IMG/VR virus record: IMGVR_UViG_3300044448_001990
Coordinates: 1-25,203 of that record
DNA length: 25,203 bases
Origin: a virus
Lineage: Duplodnaviria; Caudoviricetes
Direction: 5' to 3' (one strand)
The notes under the pieces: model-generated
What the model saw: the letters and a program-made list of their open reading frames with translations, nothing else
The model's database searches: none
Told to the model about the DNA's origin: nothing
Made by a program: the position numbers and the translations under genes
Part shown: positions 8,501 to 16,291 of the stretch, piece by piece
Numbering within the stretch: position 1 is the stretch's first letter
Layout: every line of letters starts with the position of its first letter

Positions 8501-10858
8501 GCCACAGGTAATGGCAGTGAAGTAGATTATTTACATTTCCAAACTGGAGTTAATTCAGTTTTATCATGTGACGGTTTATCTCAAAAAGGTACCTCATATA
8601 TGTCTATTAAAACTACTGATTGGATGAAGAGAGAAAACATTCTAGTATCTAGTAGGGTATTAGATGTTCCTTCTTTATCTGACAAATCTACAAAAACTCA
8701 TGATTATGATGGTGAGTCTTGGGATATACCTCAAAATAGTATAGTAGTAACTAATCCCGGTTTATTTGAAACAGGTGACGCAACTAATGGACCATTCTAT
8801 ATGATGTGGGTTCAGGGAACTGCTGGCGCAAGTGATGCAGAAATGACAAATTCTGCTGCCGTTACTGGTAAACGTTCAGCCCATTTAACAGTTAAAGAGA
8901 AAAATGATGCTTTAATTACATTCAATGAACCATTACCTGCTATAGCTACTGATGATTTATTACCACGTTTATTAATAGGCCCAGTTAAGTACTGGATAAC
9001 TATGCAAGCTTTTAACGGTCCTAAGAATAGTGGTGGAGGTGTAGGCTCTATTCAGACTTATATCTCTGGAACTAAAGGAGGAGATAAAGCTTATGATAAT
9101 ATTGCTATATTAGGCACCTTAAGTGGCTCTACTACTACTCCTGCTGAAACTATGACAGGCTCTACTTATAATGAATCTACATACTTCTATAGTACATCAT
9201 TAGAAGCGACAGGTGGGCGCTCTGGTACATATGGTAGAAAATGGATATTAGATGCAGACCCTGAAGGCAATTTAGAGCTTGAGACTGATTATGGTTATGG
9301 TGCTTATGATGAAGAAAAGCGTGAAGGTGGACAATTAGATATTAAGACTGCATATGTAGGTGAAATGTTACATCTAAATCTCAAAGGTTTAGTGGATAAT
9401 GGTGAAGAGCCTAATGACGATTTCAAAGTAGTTTTAGGATTAAAGTCTCCTATGGCACAGCATAAAGTAGAGATAACAAGTCCAGATACTGATATAGCAG
9501 CGATAGATAAAGCTATATTAAAACCACACTTCTTGTGGGGATATAAAGATGAGGTGCCTAAAGTTAGTAACCTATCTGTAGGTCCTCTGTTTAATATGTT
9601 AGAAGAAGAAACTAATCTATATGAGGTAACAAACCAAGATTTAAGAGCTGTTAAGTTTACATGGGAGGAAGACGCTGATGATATATGGTATAGAATGTTA
9701 ATGATAGATGTGTCTGGTAATACTATTAAAAACAAATATCATGGAGCTAAGTTTGTTATCAAAGGTAATGAGGCACCTGCAACACCCGCTGCTAAGCCTA
9801 CTACATACGTTTACGATTATACTGTTACACCACCTACAAAGACTTCTTTGACTGCTGGAGGAAGTGGAGACTCTGTTGGTTCTGATGTCAGGTCAGTTGT
9901 AACAGGTTTACAAGGTTATGCTATTAAAACGAGTGCCCCTGTTAATGCAACTGGTCAAGCAGGAGCTTCTACTACTATTACATTAGCTTCGACAGCATCA
10001 AGTACGAATGATTTTTATAATGGTTATCAAATACAGATTGTCGGTGGTGCTGGAGCTGGTGCTGATAATGATAGAGTCATTACTGATTATGTAGGAAGTA
10101 CTAAAGTAGCTACTGTCGCTGCATGGGATGGTAGTTTAGGTAACCCCGATAATACTTCTGTTTATTGTATTGCACCTACTGGTACGATTACTATTGGTTC
10201 AGGAACTAATACTTGTTTAGATGGAATGGGTGAATTTACTATAGTTCTTCATGTTGTCCCAGCAGCAGCTGATGCTACTAGGAGCGCTTATTTATTTACT
10301 TATGGAGATGATGACCCCGGCACTGATGATGCTGTATATTGTTATATACATACTGACGGTACAATAAAATTTGTAGTTGATGGTAATACATTACAGAGTA
10401 CTACTAAGGTAGCATATGACGGTGAAACCCCTATGTCTATCATATTAACATATAACCAGAGTGCAACCGATGGTAAGAAGAGTAAGTTATATATTGATGG
10501 TATATTAGAAGATACTAAGAATAACCCCGGTTCAGGTCCAGCTGTTAATGGTAACACCGTTATAGGTGGTCAGAATATAGCTGATGCGCATAGTGCAACT
10601 AATTATCAGGGAACGATAGAAGAAGTAATTGTTTATAATAAAGCTTATGAAATACCAGATAAATCAGCAGAATATATATTCAAAGCAGCTAATGTCGATG
10701 ATTCCTATGGAAATTCAGTTGATAAAAAAATAGGTACACAAGATTTCTTAGTACACACTGCTAAGTTATTCGCTTATGATTATACAAATATTAGAGGAAC
10801 CACAGTTCAAGAAGTTGGTTCTTCGAAACAAGTAGGATGGAAGGTGACTTCAGTATGA
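5561..10858 (+). CDS. Large virion/tail protein with C-terminal LamG/concanavalin-A-like domain
   Basis: 1765 aa, S/T/G-rich, coupled to the TMP by a TAATG overlap. The C-terminal FTIVLHV...SKLYIDGILED...TVIGG...YQGTIEEVIVYNKA matches the LamG pattern. Confidence 0.75.
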   Translation: MNIGKNTFYKRYDITTEGLVELHAQYKDVPIQNTDNNFKIEGKANANRYVVSGQVASEPPQGSAELTTGSLNLYVSGTSLSSTTTLPQLSLYKIKGNDITTKEGGFTLAAVGDNAEIDEERPATPGQTQVYTTYVGNGIAYLTEDFSGKELGQDIYSSSLGGNIFAQAEPYLDPLDEETTQALFIGGTQSWLASGDLDDLSSNQVLQKYFSNPDPNNPGGFRMPIKPKNKSKPEGLWKNKIDLRKEMEYYTIYPPFWRWDHIKSLVKYGRSYTVPSPPADEGGSEVEPSKNNTIFKDLYRTPNNSNAAESGKDENNAWAVSDMKISTSKAKTGGSSLKLYHLWNFSKDNPASDKLFGDAGGSNSQFTCAYLDCIPYPVPMDHTFSSDYNSVAAASGSANMNLVKPEINMTFSVTQLNNNVRWYNRLTQSDTASGSSWTIADADKFMKFKGYCSGSVQEFAMNDHAWSGGNIGAGPLADNVDPRLGGAGYKTLLRNFTVTLSNYPPVKGESLDTFLDRGMSSFYSGTNNSIVGGFTISRTVNEDTNQEGYVGPKLTAQPLLTRPSHWIASGNSGAGWTGGYLSRGLPFFATSGAQGTGATANLFINGAAYVGWDASGPSDGNPAQYYESSVELPMDDFVDVKIMFDTSAENGWGFGGEDFMLPTQAGRTSHAEMCKAYFMTPTTSGNMTATGDPSTTLDKVPSIPIYFPAVSGSTKVWNWTESPERWPHIMTVWLTNYRFYSDDETNFSSGSSWTGATASSGLTTGTTEGGSGTDDDPTFYVTKAGYGLGRDFPVAQAGSGNSKAAEAFIDRIELNNFGTEVFNNSSAMGVMTLPIGIKNNHIRSPMGDRTSGSMGPANERGDEFYKRIAPTYVTIGFDNVATLPSVNGNQRYAWLMWNGFSQANFKPNLQNDTSTLQAWKSMVSGSSGVTAAEAKFVNYYGGQCMQVGNLNLGTANPAAAVTAGYQTPACKQGINVSFGAATGNGSEVDYLHFQTGVNSVLSCDGLSQKGTSYMSIKTTDWMKRENILVSSRVLDVPSLSDKSTKTHDYDGESWDIPQNSIVVTNPGLFETGDATNGPFYMMWVQGTAGASDAEMTNSAAVTGKRSAHLTVKEKNDALITFNEPLPAIATDDLLPRLLIGPVKYWITMQAFNGPKNSGGGVGSIQTYISGTKGGDKAYDNIAILGTLSGSTTTPAETMTGSTYNESTYFYSTSLEATGGRSGTYGRKWILDADPEGNLELETDYGYGAYDEEKREGGQLDIKTAYVGEMLHLNLKGLVDNGEEPNDDFKVVLGLKSPMAQHKVEITSPDTDIAAIDKAILKPHFLWGYKDEVPKVSNLSVGPLFNMLEEETNLYEVTNQDLRAVKFTWEEDADDIWYRMLMIDVSGNTIKNKYHGAKFVIKGNEAPATPAAKPTTYVYDYTVTPPTKTSLTAGGSGDSVGSDVRSVVTGLQGYAIKTSAPVNATGQAGASTTITLASTASSTNDFYNGYQIQIVGGAGAGADNDRVITDYVGSTKVATVAAWDGSLGNPDNTSVYCIAPTGTITIGSGTNTCLDGMGEFTIVLHVVPAAADATRSAYLFTYGDDDPGTDDAVYCYIHTDGTIKFVVDGNTLQSTTKVAYDGETPMSIILTYNQSATDGKKSKLYIDGILEDTKNNPGSGPAVNGNTVIGGQNIADAHSATNYQGTIEEVIVYNKAYEIPDKSAEYIFKAANVDDSYGNSVDKKIGTQDFLVHTAKLFAYDYTNIRGTTVQEVGSSKQVGWKVTSV

Positions 10859-13800
10859 GTTTTGATTTTACAGATGTAACAGGAAGTACCAGTAGTGGTA
10901 TTTCAGGAACAGGAACAGTTTTTACAGAGTATAGTGCCACAGTGAGTGGTACCGATGATGATATGGCAGCAGTTTATATAGACTGGGGTGATGGACAAAC
11001 TCCTGATGGAACGTTTACTAATGATAAAAGATACGCTAATTATCAATGGGTCCAATTAACTGACCCTAAAGACACTGTTAAAGTTAAGCACACTTATACT
11101 TCTATTGGAACATTCAAACCTATTATTCAAGTAATAAATAATGCTGGGTTCGCTTCAGCATATTATGGAGCAAACTCTACTGGTTCATTGGCTGATGATT
11201 ATCCTTTACCTTACAAACAAGAAACAACTGTTTCAGGTTGTGTGATAGAAGATGGACAAGCTACAGGTATATTAAAAGCAGATAAAAGAGTAGTTAAGTC
11301 TGGTATAGACAATACACTGTTTGAAACTGAGGGGCCCGGTGGATTGTGGGCCTTTATTGCTCCTACTTGTACAGAAGCTGAATTACAATACCTTGATGAC
11401 CCTGAAGATAAGGGTATAGAAGTTCATATAAATTGTACTCTTAGAGTAAGTTCATATAGTACAGGTAGTACATGGGGAGATTTAGGTTCTTCTGATATAG
11501 TTAGAACTCTTGCTTATCAGATAAGTGGTTCAGATTTTACTAATAATAGAGGGTTTGATGATATACTTGCACGTCTTACTGGTCAACCTGTTTTAAAAAG
11601 AAGTCAGGTTGTTAGAGTCAATTGGGTTAAGTTAATTAAATGTGGAGGCACAAAGGATGGTTATGGTACTCAAGGACCCTTAGATACTAGAGATATAGCT
11701 ATATCTGATGCATGGAATAAATTTAGATTATTTATATGTAGTAGGTCTAGTACATGGGAAAACTTAGGAGTAAGAACAAATGGTAGTGGTATACAACAAG
11801 CTTTTACTCCTATATGTTATATATCAGCAGGAGACCCTGTTAAGTACAGTGATGACCCTGATAGAAATGTAACTTTTGATTTTTCACAAAGTAGAGCTAA
11901 AGCTTCTAATGGTTCTTTAACCAATTATAGATTTGATGATGGATGTTCATATTATAAAATATGGAACACTTGGCAATTAAACGATGGAGATAAATTCTTA
12001 GGTACTGGTAACTATTTTACTGACGAAACTATGACAACTGGTTCCACTTATAAAGCACAATATACATATAGAACGGACCCATTAGGATTAAATAATGGTG
12101 GTGATTCTCAATCTATAGTATCAGGTGGTGCTATGAATATTACTGGTTCAGCATATGCTAATCATAGTTCGGGTACAAGATGGACAGCAGATGATGCTAC
12201 TAAATACCAAGTAGACCAATTTTTCTTAAATGATTTCTTTAGTTTTGCTGACCAATATTACTTAGCTCGCATGTCAACGCAACCTGCTTCAGCTGCAAAT
12301 TTATCTGGAGCTAATGTTAGTAGTATAAGTGGTAATAGAATGAAGATATATAGAATAGCTGGAGGGGCTGTAGGTAAAGATAGTGGTGATATAAACCATG
12401 AGATAGCTTCTACTAAACTTAATTATCCAGATTGGAGAGATGTAGGTAGTGGAACACCAGTATCTACAGACCTTTTATCAAATTACCCCACTAAAGATTT
12501 TACTAAAGCTGGTTATACAAATATTCCCGGTGACAGTTTACAAAATCATGGAGATGGAACAGGTGGTTTAGGGACCTATCCAATACCAAATTCTAGTGTA
12601 AGTTTACATAATTTAAATGAAGCTACTTTTGGTACTTTTGATACTACTTCGTGGAGCGGTGAAGACCGTCAAGAAAATTTATTAATGCTTTTACCTAATC
12701 AGACTAACACAATATTCTTAGATATAGCTAATTTTGCTCCTCAGTTAGGTCAGAAGACATCACAGACAGGAACTTTAACAGAATATTCAACTAGTGATGG
12801 AGCACAAGCTCCGTGGAAGTTTGAACTTCAGTATTTATCTGGAAGAAGGATGGGTACAATACACCAAGAACTAGAATGGAAACCTTTAGAAATTAGAGAT
12901 ACCACTACAGTGGCTAGAGAATTTACAATGACAATGCTTAATCCAACACAAGTCAATACGTCAGGAAATCGTTATTTTATGAATTCTTCTATGTTATCTA
13001 AATCTGGTCCAGTTAGTTTTGATATACCTGCCGATTGGATAAAAATGAGTTTAAGTGGTGCAAGCGCTGGTACTTTTAACAGGGTTGAAAATACTTTAGC
13101 AACAGGTACTTCAGACGTAGTACAGATGAATGTTAGTGGCGCCTTTAAGGATAGTACAGCAGTTAGTGGTTATGGGCTTACGTTTGCCTTTAGTGGTAGT
13201 GGTATCAGTGATGTATTAAAAGCTAACGACTTTACAGAAACATCAGATATCGGTTCTTATAGATATGCATTCTTTCCTAAGATTGATAGTACTACTACCG
13301 ATACAATGAATGCGATGTATTGGATAGCTAGTGGTGCAGCAGATGGTTGGGATGGAGATGATACTATATATTGTCAATATGGTGATGCTACTGAGTGTCC
13401 ACCACTATCAGCTACTACAGCAAATTGTATAACTGGAAGTATTAGGCGTATTAATATGTATGAAATGATTAGTGGATATACTAAAGTATATAATCAAGGT
13501 ACTTCAAACGCTACCGCTGATATAGAATTGGTTCCAGTAGATGGTTCTGTAAGACCATATCCTAATCTTTATAATGTAACTCAAACAAATACAGACGCAG
13601 GTGTAGGACAAGCTTTAGAAACAGATTGGCAAAGTACTGAATATTATCCTTTGCGTATGGTAATATCTGGTGGTGCTGCAAACAATGATGATGGATTTTT
13701 CCCTGCTATAAAAAATATATTTGACGCTAATCAAAGTAATTCTGTAGTTATAAAAGAAATAGATAATTCAGCTTATGGAATGAGCACGCACCCTATAACT

Positions 13801-14262
13801 ACTGATATATCCTTTACAATGGGTGGTACATATTATCAGGCTATTTCACGAAAGGGTAAAGTACATTTACAAAGAAGTGGAACTCCTATACAGAACATAG
13901 GATTTGAAAGTGTTGATTTAGGACAATACAATGTATCAGGTTCAGGTTCTTCTTTTAGTAAGTTAAAAGATAGAGGAAGTTTACATTGGTATTTCCGTAT
14001 GGCACGTAAATTACAAGAAAATAGTAGACGCGTCTATTATGATATACAACAAAAAGATTCTACATATATAAGATTTTGGGGTATTATAAATAACCTTCAA
14101 GCTACATATGGTGCTGATGGTTCTAACGCAGTTAATCGTTATAGTTTTAATTTGATAGTACAAGAAGTAGCCCTCTTAGATAACTGCAAAAGATTGATGA
14201 CAGACCCTTACCCGTTGGGTGCAGAAGCTACATTAAGAGGACATTCGGGGCAGTTTGGTTAG
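10855..14262 (+). CDS. Large tail protein with N-terminal PKD-like domain and possible distal-tail-like C-terminus
   Basis: YIDWGDG...HTYTSIGTFKPIIQV is a PKD signature. The start is moved from 10837 to ATG 10855 (ATGA overlap with the upstream stop, GGAAGGTGA upstream). The Dit-like call rests on position and composition only. Confidence 0.65.
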   Translation: MSFDFTDVTGSTSSGISGTGTVFTEYSATVSGTDDDMAAVYIDWGDGQTPDGTFTNDKRYANYQWVQLTDPKDTVKVKHTYTSIGTFKPIIQVINNAGFASAYYGANSTGSLADDYPLPYKQETTVSGCVIEDGQATGILKADKRVVKSGIDNTLFETEGPGGLWAFIAPTCTEAELQYLDDPEDKGIEVHINCTLRVSSYSTGSTWGDLGSSDIVRTLAYQISGSDFTNNRGFDDILARLTGQPVLKRSQVVRVNWVKLIKCGGTKDGYGTQGPLDTRDIAISDAWNKFRLFICSRSSTWENLGVRTNGSGIQQAFTPICYISAGDPVKYSDDPDRNVTFDFSQSRAKASNGSLTNYRFDDGCSYYKIWNTWQLNDGDKFLGTGNYFTDETMTTGSTYKAQYTYRTDPLGLNNGGDSQSIVSGGAMNITGSAYANHSSGTRWTADDATKYQVDQFFLNDFFSFADQYYLARMSTQPASAANLSGANVSSISGNRMKIYRIAGGAVGKDSGDINHEIASTKLNYPDWRDVGSGTPVSTDLLSNYPTKDFTKAGYTNIPGDSLQNHGDGTGGLGTYPIPNSSVSLHNLNEATFGTFDTTSWSGEDRQENLLMLLPNQTNTIFLDIANFAPQLGQKTSQTGTLTEYSTSDGAQAPWKFELQYLSGRRMGTIHQELEWKPLEIRDTTTVAREFTMTMLNPTQVNTSGNRYFMNSSMLSKSGPVSFDIPADWIKMSLSGASAGTFNRVENTLATGTSDVVQMNVSGAFKDSTAVSGYGLTFAFSGSGISDVLKANDFTETSDIGSYRYAFFPKIDSTTTDTMNAMYWIASGAADGWDGDDTIYCQYGDATECPPLSATTANCITGSIRRINMYEMISGYTKVYNQGTSNATADIELVPVDGSVRPYPNLYNVTQTNTDAGVGQALETDWQSTEYYPLRMVISGGAANNDDGFFPAIKNIFDANQSNSVVIKEIDNSAYGMSTHPITTDISFTMGGTYYQAISRKGKVHLQRSGTPIQNIGFESVDLGQYNVSGSGSSFSKLKDRGSLHWYFRMARKLQENSRRVYYDIQQKDSTYIRFWGIINNLQATYGADGSNAVNRYSFNLIVQEVALLDNCKRLMTDPYPLGAEATLRGHSGQFG

Positions 14263-14270
14263 GTGATTAA

Positions 14271-15329
14271 ATGGCTAGTATGGATATATTACCTAAAATT
14301 CAAATAGCTGGACGTACTGTAGATTATACTCAAGCTGCTTATGCACAGCCCGGTGGTATGGGTGCAGCTACTTTAAGTTTTGATATACCTGCTGTTAGTG
14401 AAGGTAATCGTAGATTCTGGAATGAAGAAGTAACTTTATATCTTCATGAAGATGACTCTACTCCTATCTTTAGGGGATGGATAAAAAGAATTAACCCTAG
14501 TTTTGAAGCTCTCAGTATTATAGCCGAAGATGGTTTTGGTTATATGATTAAAGGGGGAGAAGCTGAAAAGGCTAAGATTGTTTTAGATGAAGAGGATAAT
14601 ATAGATGGGCTTACTTTAGGAGCTGCTATTCCTGTGTTATTAAAAAAAGCTAAATTAGATGATAAGATTAAAACAGATTTTATAGGCGATACTTCGCCCA
14701 CCACAAAAAGTGTTTCACCCCCTATTAGAGGTACTACTACTGTGCTCGAAGTAATCAAAACTCTATTATCCAAAGCTATTAATACCTCTGGTACCCTCCC
14801 TCGTCCTAATATCGTAAGGTTAATTGATGATGGTACATATAGCCAACTCGTAATAGAGCTTGAGGCTGACTTAGATACAACAGATATAACAATGAATTTC
14901 TCTGATGATTATAATATAGTAGCCTTAAATATAACAGAAAGGAAAGTTCCTACGGTTATTGTAGTAAATGGATTAAAAGGTGTGCAGGGTACATTTACGC
15001 ACGATACTGCTATAACTGCGTTTGATAGAAATTATTTAGAAGTAACAAATGAAAACCTTACATCACCTTCTGAATGTAGAGACTTTGCTATAAAAATATT
15101 TGAAGCAAATTTAAAAAATCAATATGAATATGGTATGAAAGTTTCTGAAGGAGGATATCTTTTAGAGAACGATGTTATACGTATAGTTACGGACAATAAA
15201 GAATATAGTGGTAATTATAGAATTATAGGTAAAAAGATTAATTTAGGTCCTAATGGTTTTGATATAGGATTATCTATTAATAGAAAACCACCTACATTAG
15301 CAGAGTATATTAATAGTAGAGATAATTAA
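14271..15329 (+). CDS. Putative baseplate hub / tail tip protein
   Basis: 352 aa and last gene of the tail operon. PIFRGWIKRI...LSIIAEDG and LLENDVIRIV...SGNYRIIGKKI patterns are typical of hub (gpD/gp27-like) proteins. AGGTGA SD upstream. Confidence 0.65.
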   Translation: MASMDILPKIQIAGRTVDYTQAAYAQPGGMGAATLSFDIPAVSEGNRRFWNEEVTLYLHEDDSTPIFRGWIKRINPSFEALSIIAEDGFGYMIKGGEAEKAKIVLDEEDNIDGLTLGAAIPVLLKKAKLDDKIKTDFIGDTSPTTKSVSPPIRGTTTVLEVIKTLLSKAINTSGTLPRPNIVRLIDDGTYSQLVIELEADLDTTDITMNFSDDYNIVALNITERKVPTVIVVNGLKGVQGTFTHDTAITAFDRNYLEVTNENLTSPSECRDFAIKIFEANLKNQYEYGMKVSEGGYLLENDVIRIVTDNKEYSGNYRIIGKKINLGPNGFDIGLSINRKPPTLAEYINSRDN

Positions 15330-15653
15330 TTAGCACTTCCATCTTCTACGTGCTTGATTAATTCTTGAATTAGGGTCATTTTGTGTTTTCTTAGAACTTC
15401 TCTTTTTCTGTCCTAGTGACCTAGCACAATAAGATTTACGTCTCTTAGCAGCTTTACTACCTTTCTTGACTTTACCTGTAACTGCTGTTTTAAGTTTGGA
15501 ACCGGGATTAGCTCTTCTATAAGCTTTAACTCCCTTTCTAGTCATACCAGCTCCAGATTTTGTTTTGCGATAGTTAGCTCCTTTACCTTTAGTTGTTTTA
15601 CGTATAGCTTTAGCTCTCTTTCGTTTTTTTGTAGCCTTCTTTCTAGCAGGCAT
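15330..15653 (-). CDS. Highly basic phage protein (DUF6321-like)
   Basis: GMTRKGVKAYRRANPGSKLKTAVT...RRKSYCARS...DPNSRINQARRRWKC resembles a family common in marine phages. The family name is recalled from memory. Confidence 0.75.
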   Translation of the reverse strand: MPARKKATKKRKRAKAIRKTTKGKGANYRKTKSGAGMTRKGVKAYRRANPGSKLKTAVTGKVKKGSKAAKRRKSYCARSLGQKKRSSKKTQNDPNSRINQARRRWKC

Positions 15654-15690
15654 GTTTCTTCCTCTTCTTACCTTTCTTCTTATATGCCAT
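15643..15690 (-). CDS. 15-aa basic micropeptide MAYKKKGKKRKKHAC (not in ORF track)
   Basis: Its ATG overlaps the upstream stop (TAATG at 15688-15692), and the ORF ends 11 nt into the next gene. It fills the gap exactly. Confidence 0.55.
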   Translation of the reverse strand: MAYKKKGKKRKKHAC

Positions 15691-15848
15691 TATTTCTTTT
15701 TCCTCTTAGTAGTTTTTTTACCTTTCTTCTTAAAGGGTCCAGTTTTATTTTTCATCTGCTTGTAAGTTTTAGGTTTGACACCAGCGGTCTTCTTACCTTT
15801 CTTTTTCTTTTTACGAGCTTTTCTTATGTTATCGTAAAGATTGGCCAT
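15690..15848 (-). CDS. 52-aa Lys-rich protein (not in ORF track)
   Basis: MANLYDNIRKARKKKKKGKKTAGVKPKTYKQMKNKTGPFKKKGKKTTKRKKK*. It has TAATG overlaps at both ends and a GAGGTGA SD. Confidence 0.85.
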   Translation of the reverse strand: MANLYDNIRKARKKKKKGKKTAGVKPKTYKQMKNKTGPFKKKGKKTTKRKKK

Positions 15849-16105
15849 TAGTCACCTCTTGGGTTTCCTGTAGCACCATCACCATATGGTAGACCACGAG
15901 CAGAAGTAGGTGCGTAATCTCCTACGTCTCCTTGACCACCACTAGATTCACTGTTAGCAGGTACAATAGTTCTAGCTGAGACACTACCTTGTACTTGTCT
16001 TTCTCCTTCCAGTCTGACAACTGACATCATCATACCGTTTTCGTTAAGACCTGCATCACGACCCATCTTGCGGCCGTATCCTGTAATATCTTTTTCAGCA
16101 GGCAT
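15848..16105 (-). CDS. Hypothetical Gly-rich, probably disordered protein
   Basis: 85 aa ORF that abuts the upstream stop and overlaps the downstream start. Confidence 0.75.
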   Translation of the reverse strand: MPAEKDITGYGRKMGRDAGLNENGMMMSVVRLEGERQVQGSVSARTIVPANSESSGGQGDVGDYAPTSARGLPYGDGATGNPRGD

Positions 16106-16282
16106 CTATGCGTCTATGACTAAAGCGTAACTATATCCACCATTAGTGGCGTCTTTATACGTTGTTAAGTGACGTATAGTCTTACCATCATCTATAGCAT
16201 CTAATTTAGTTTCAATTAAAGCTAGTAATGATGACATATCTTTAGCGCTTTCTGTGTGCACTGCTACATTATAATTTGCCAT
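16106..16282 (-). CDS. 58-aa hypothetical protein (not in ORF track)
   Basis: MANYNVAVHTESAKDMSSLLALIETKLDAIDDGKTIRHLTTYKDATNGGYSYALVIDA*. AGGAG SD upstream; the stop abuts the next ATG. Confidence 0.85.
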   Translation of the reverse strand: MANYNVAVHTESAKDMSSLLALIETKLDAIDDGKTIRHLTTYKDATNGGYSYALVIDA

Positions 16283-16291
16283 TTATTCTCC

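Noticed and set aside
959-14773. Antisense and alternative-frame ORFs inside tail genes (959, 1775, 2990, 4211, 4490, 6721, 9304, 10342, 14540)
   Set aside because: They are fully nested in long well-supported genes, have typical shadow-frame composition and show no motifs.
15851-15859. C-terminal RGD in the 85-aa protein
   Set aside because: The codons double as the SD (GAGGTGA) of the next gene, and integrin binding is irrelevant to a prokaryotic host.
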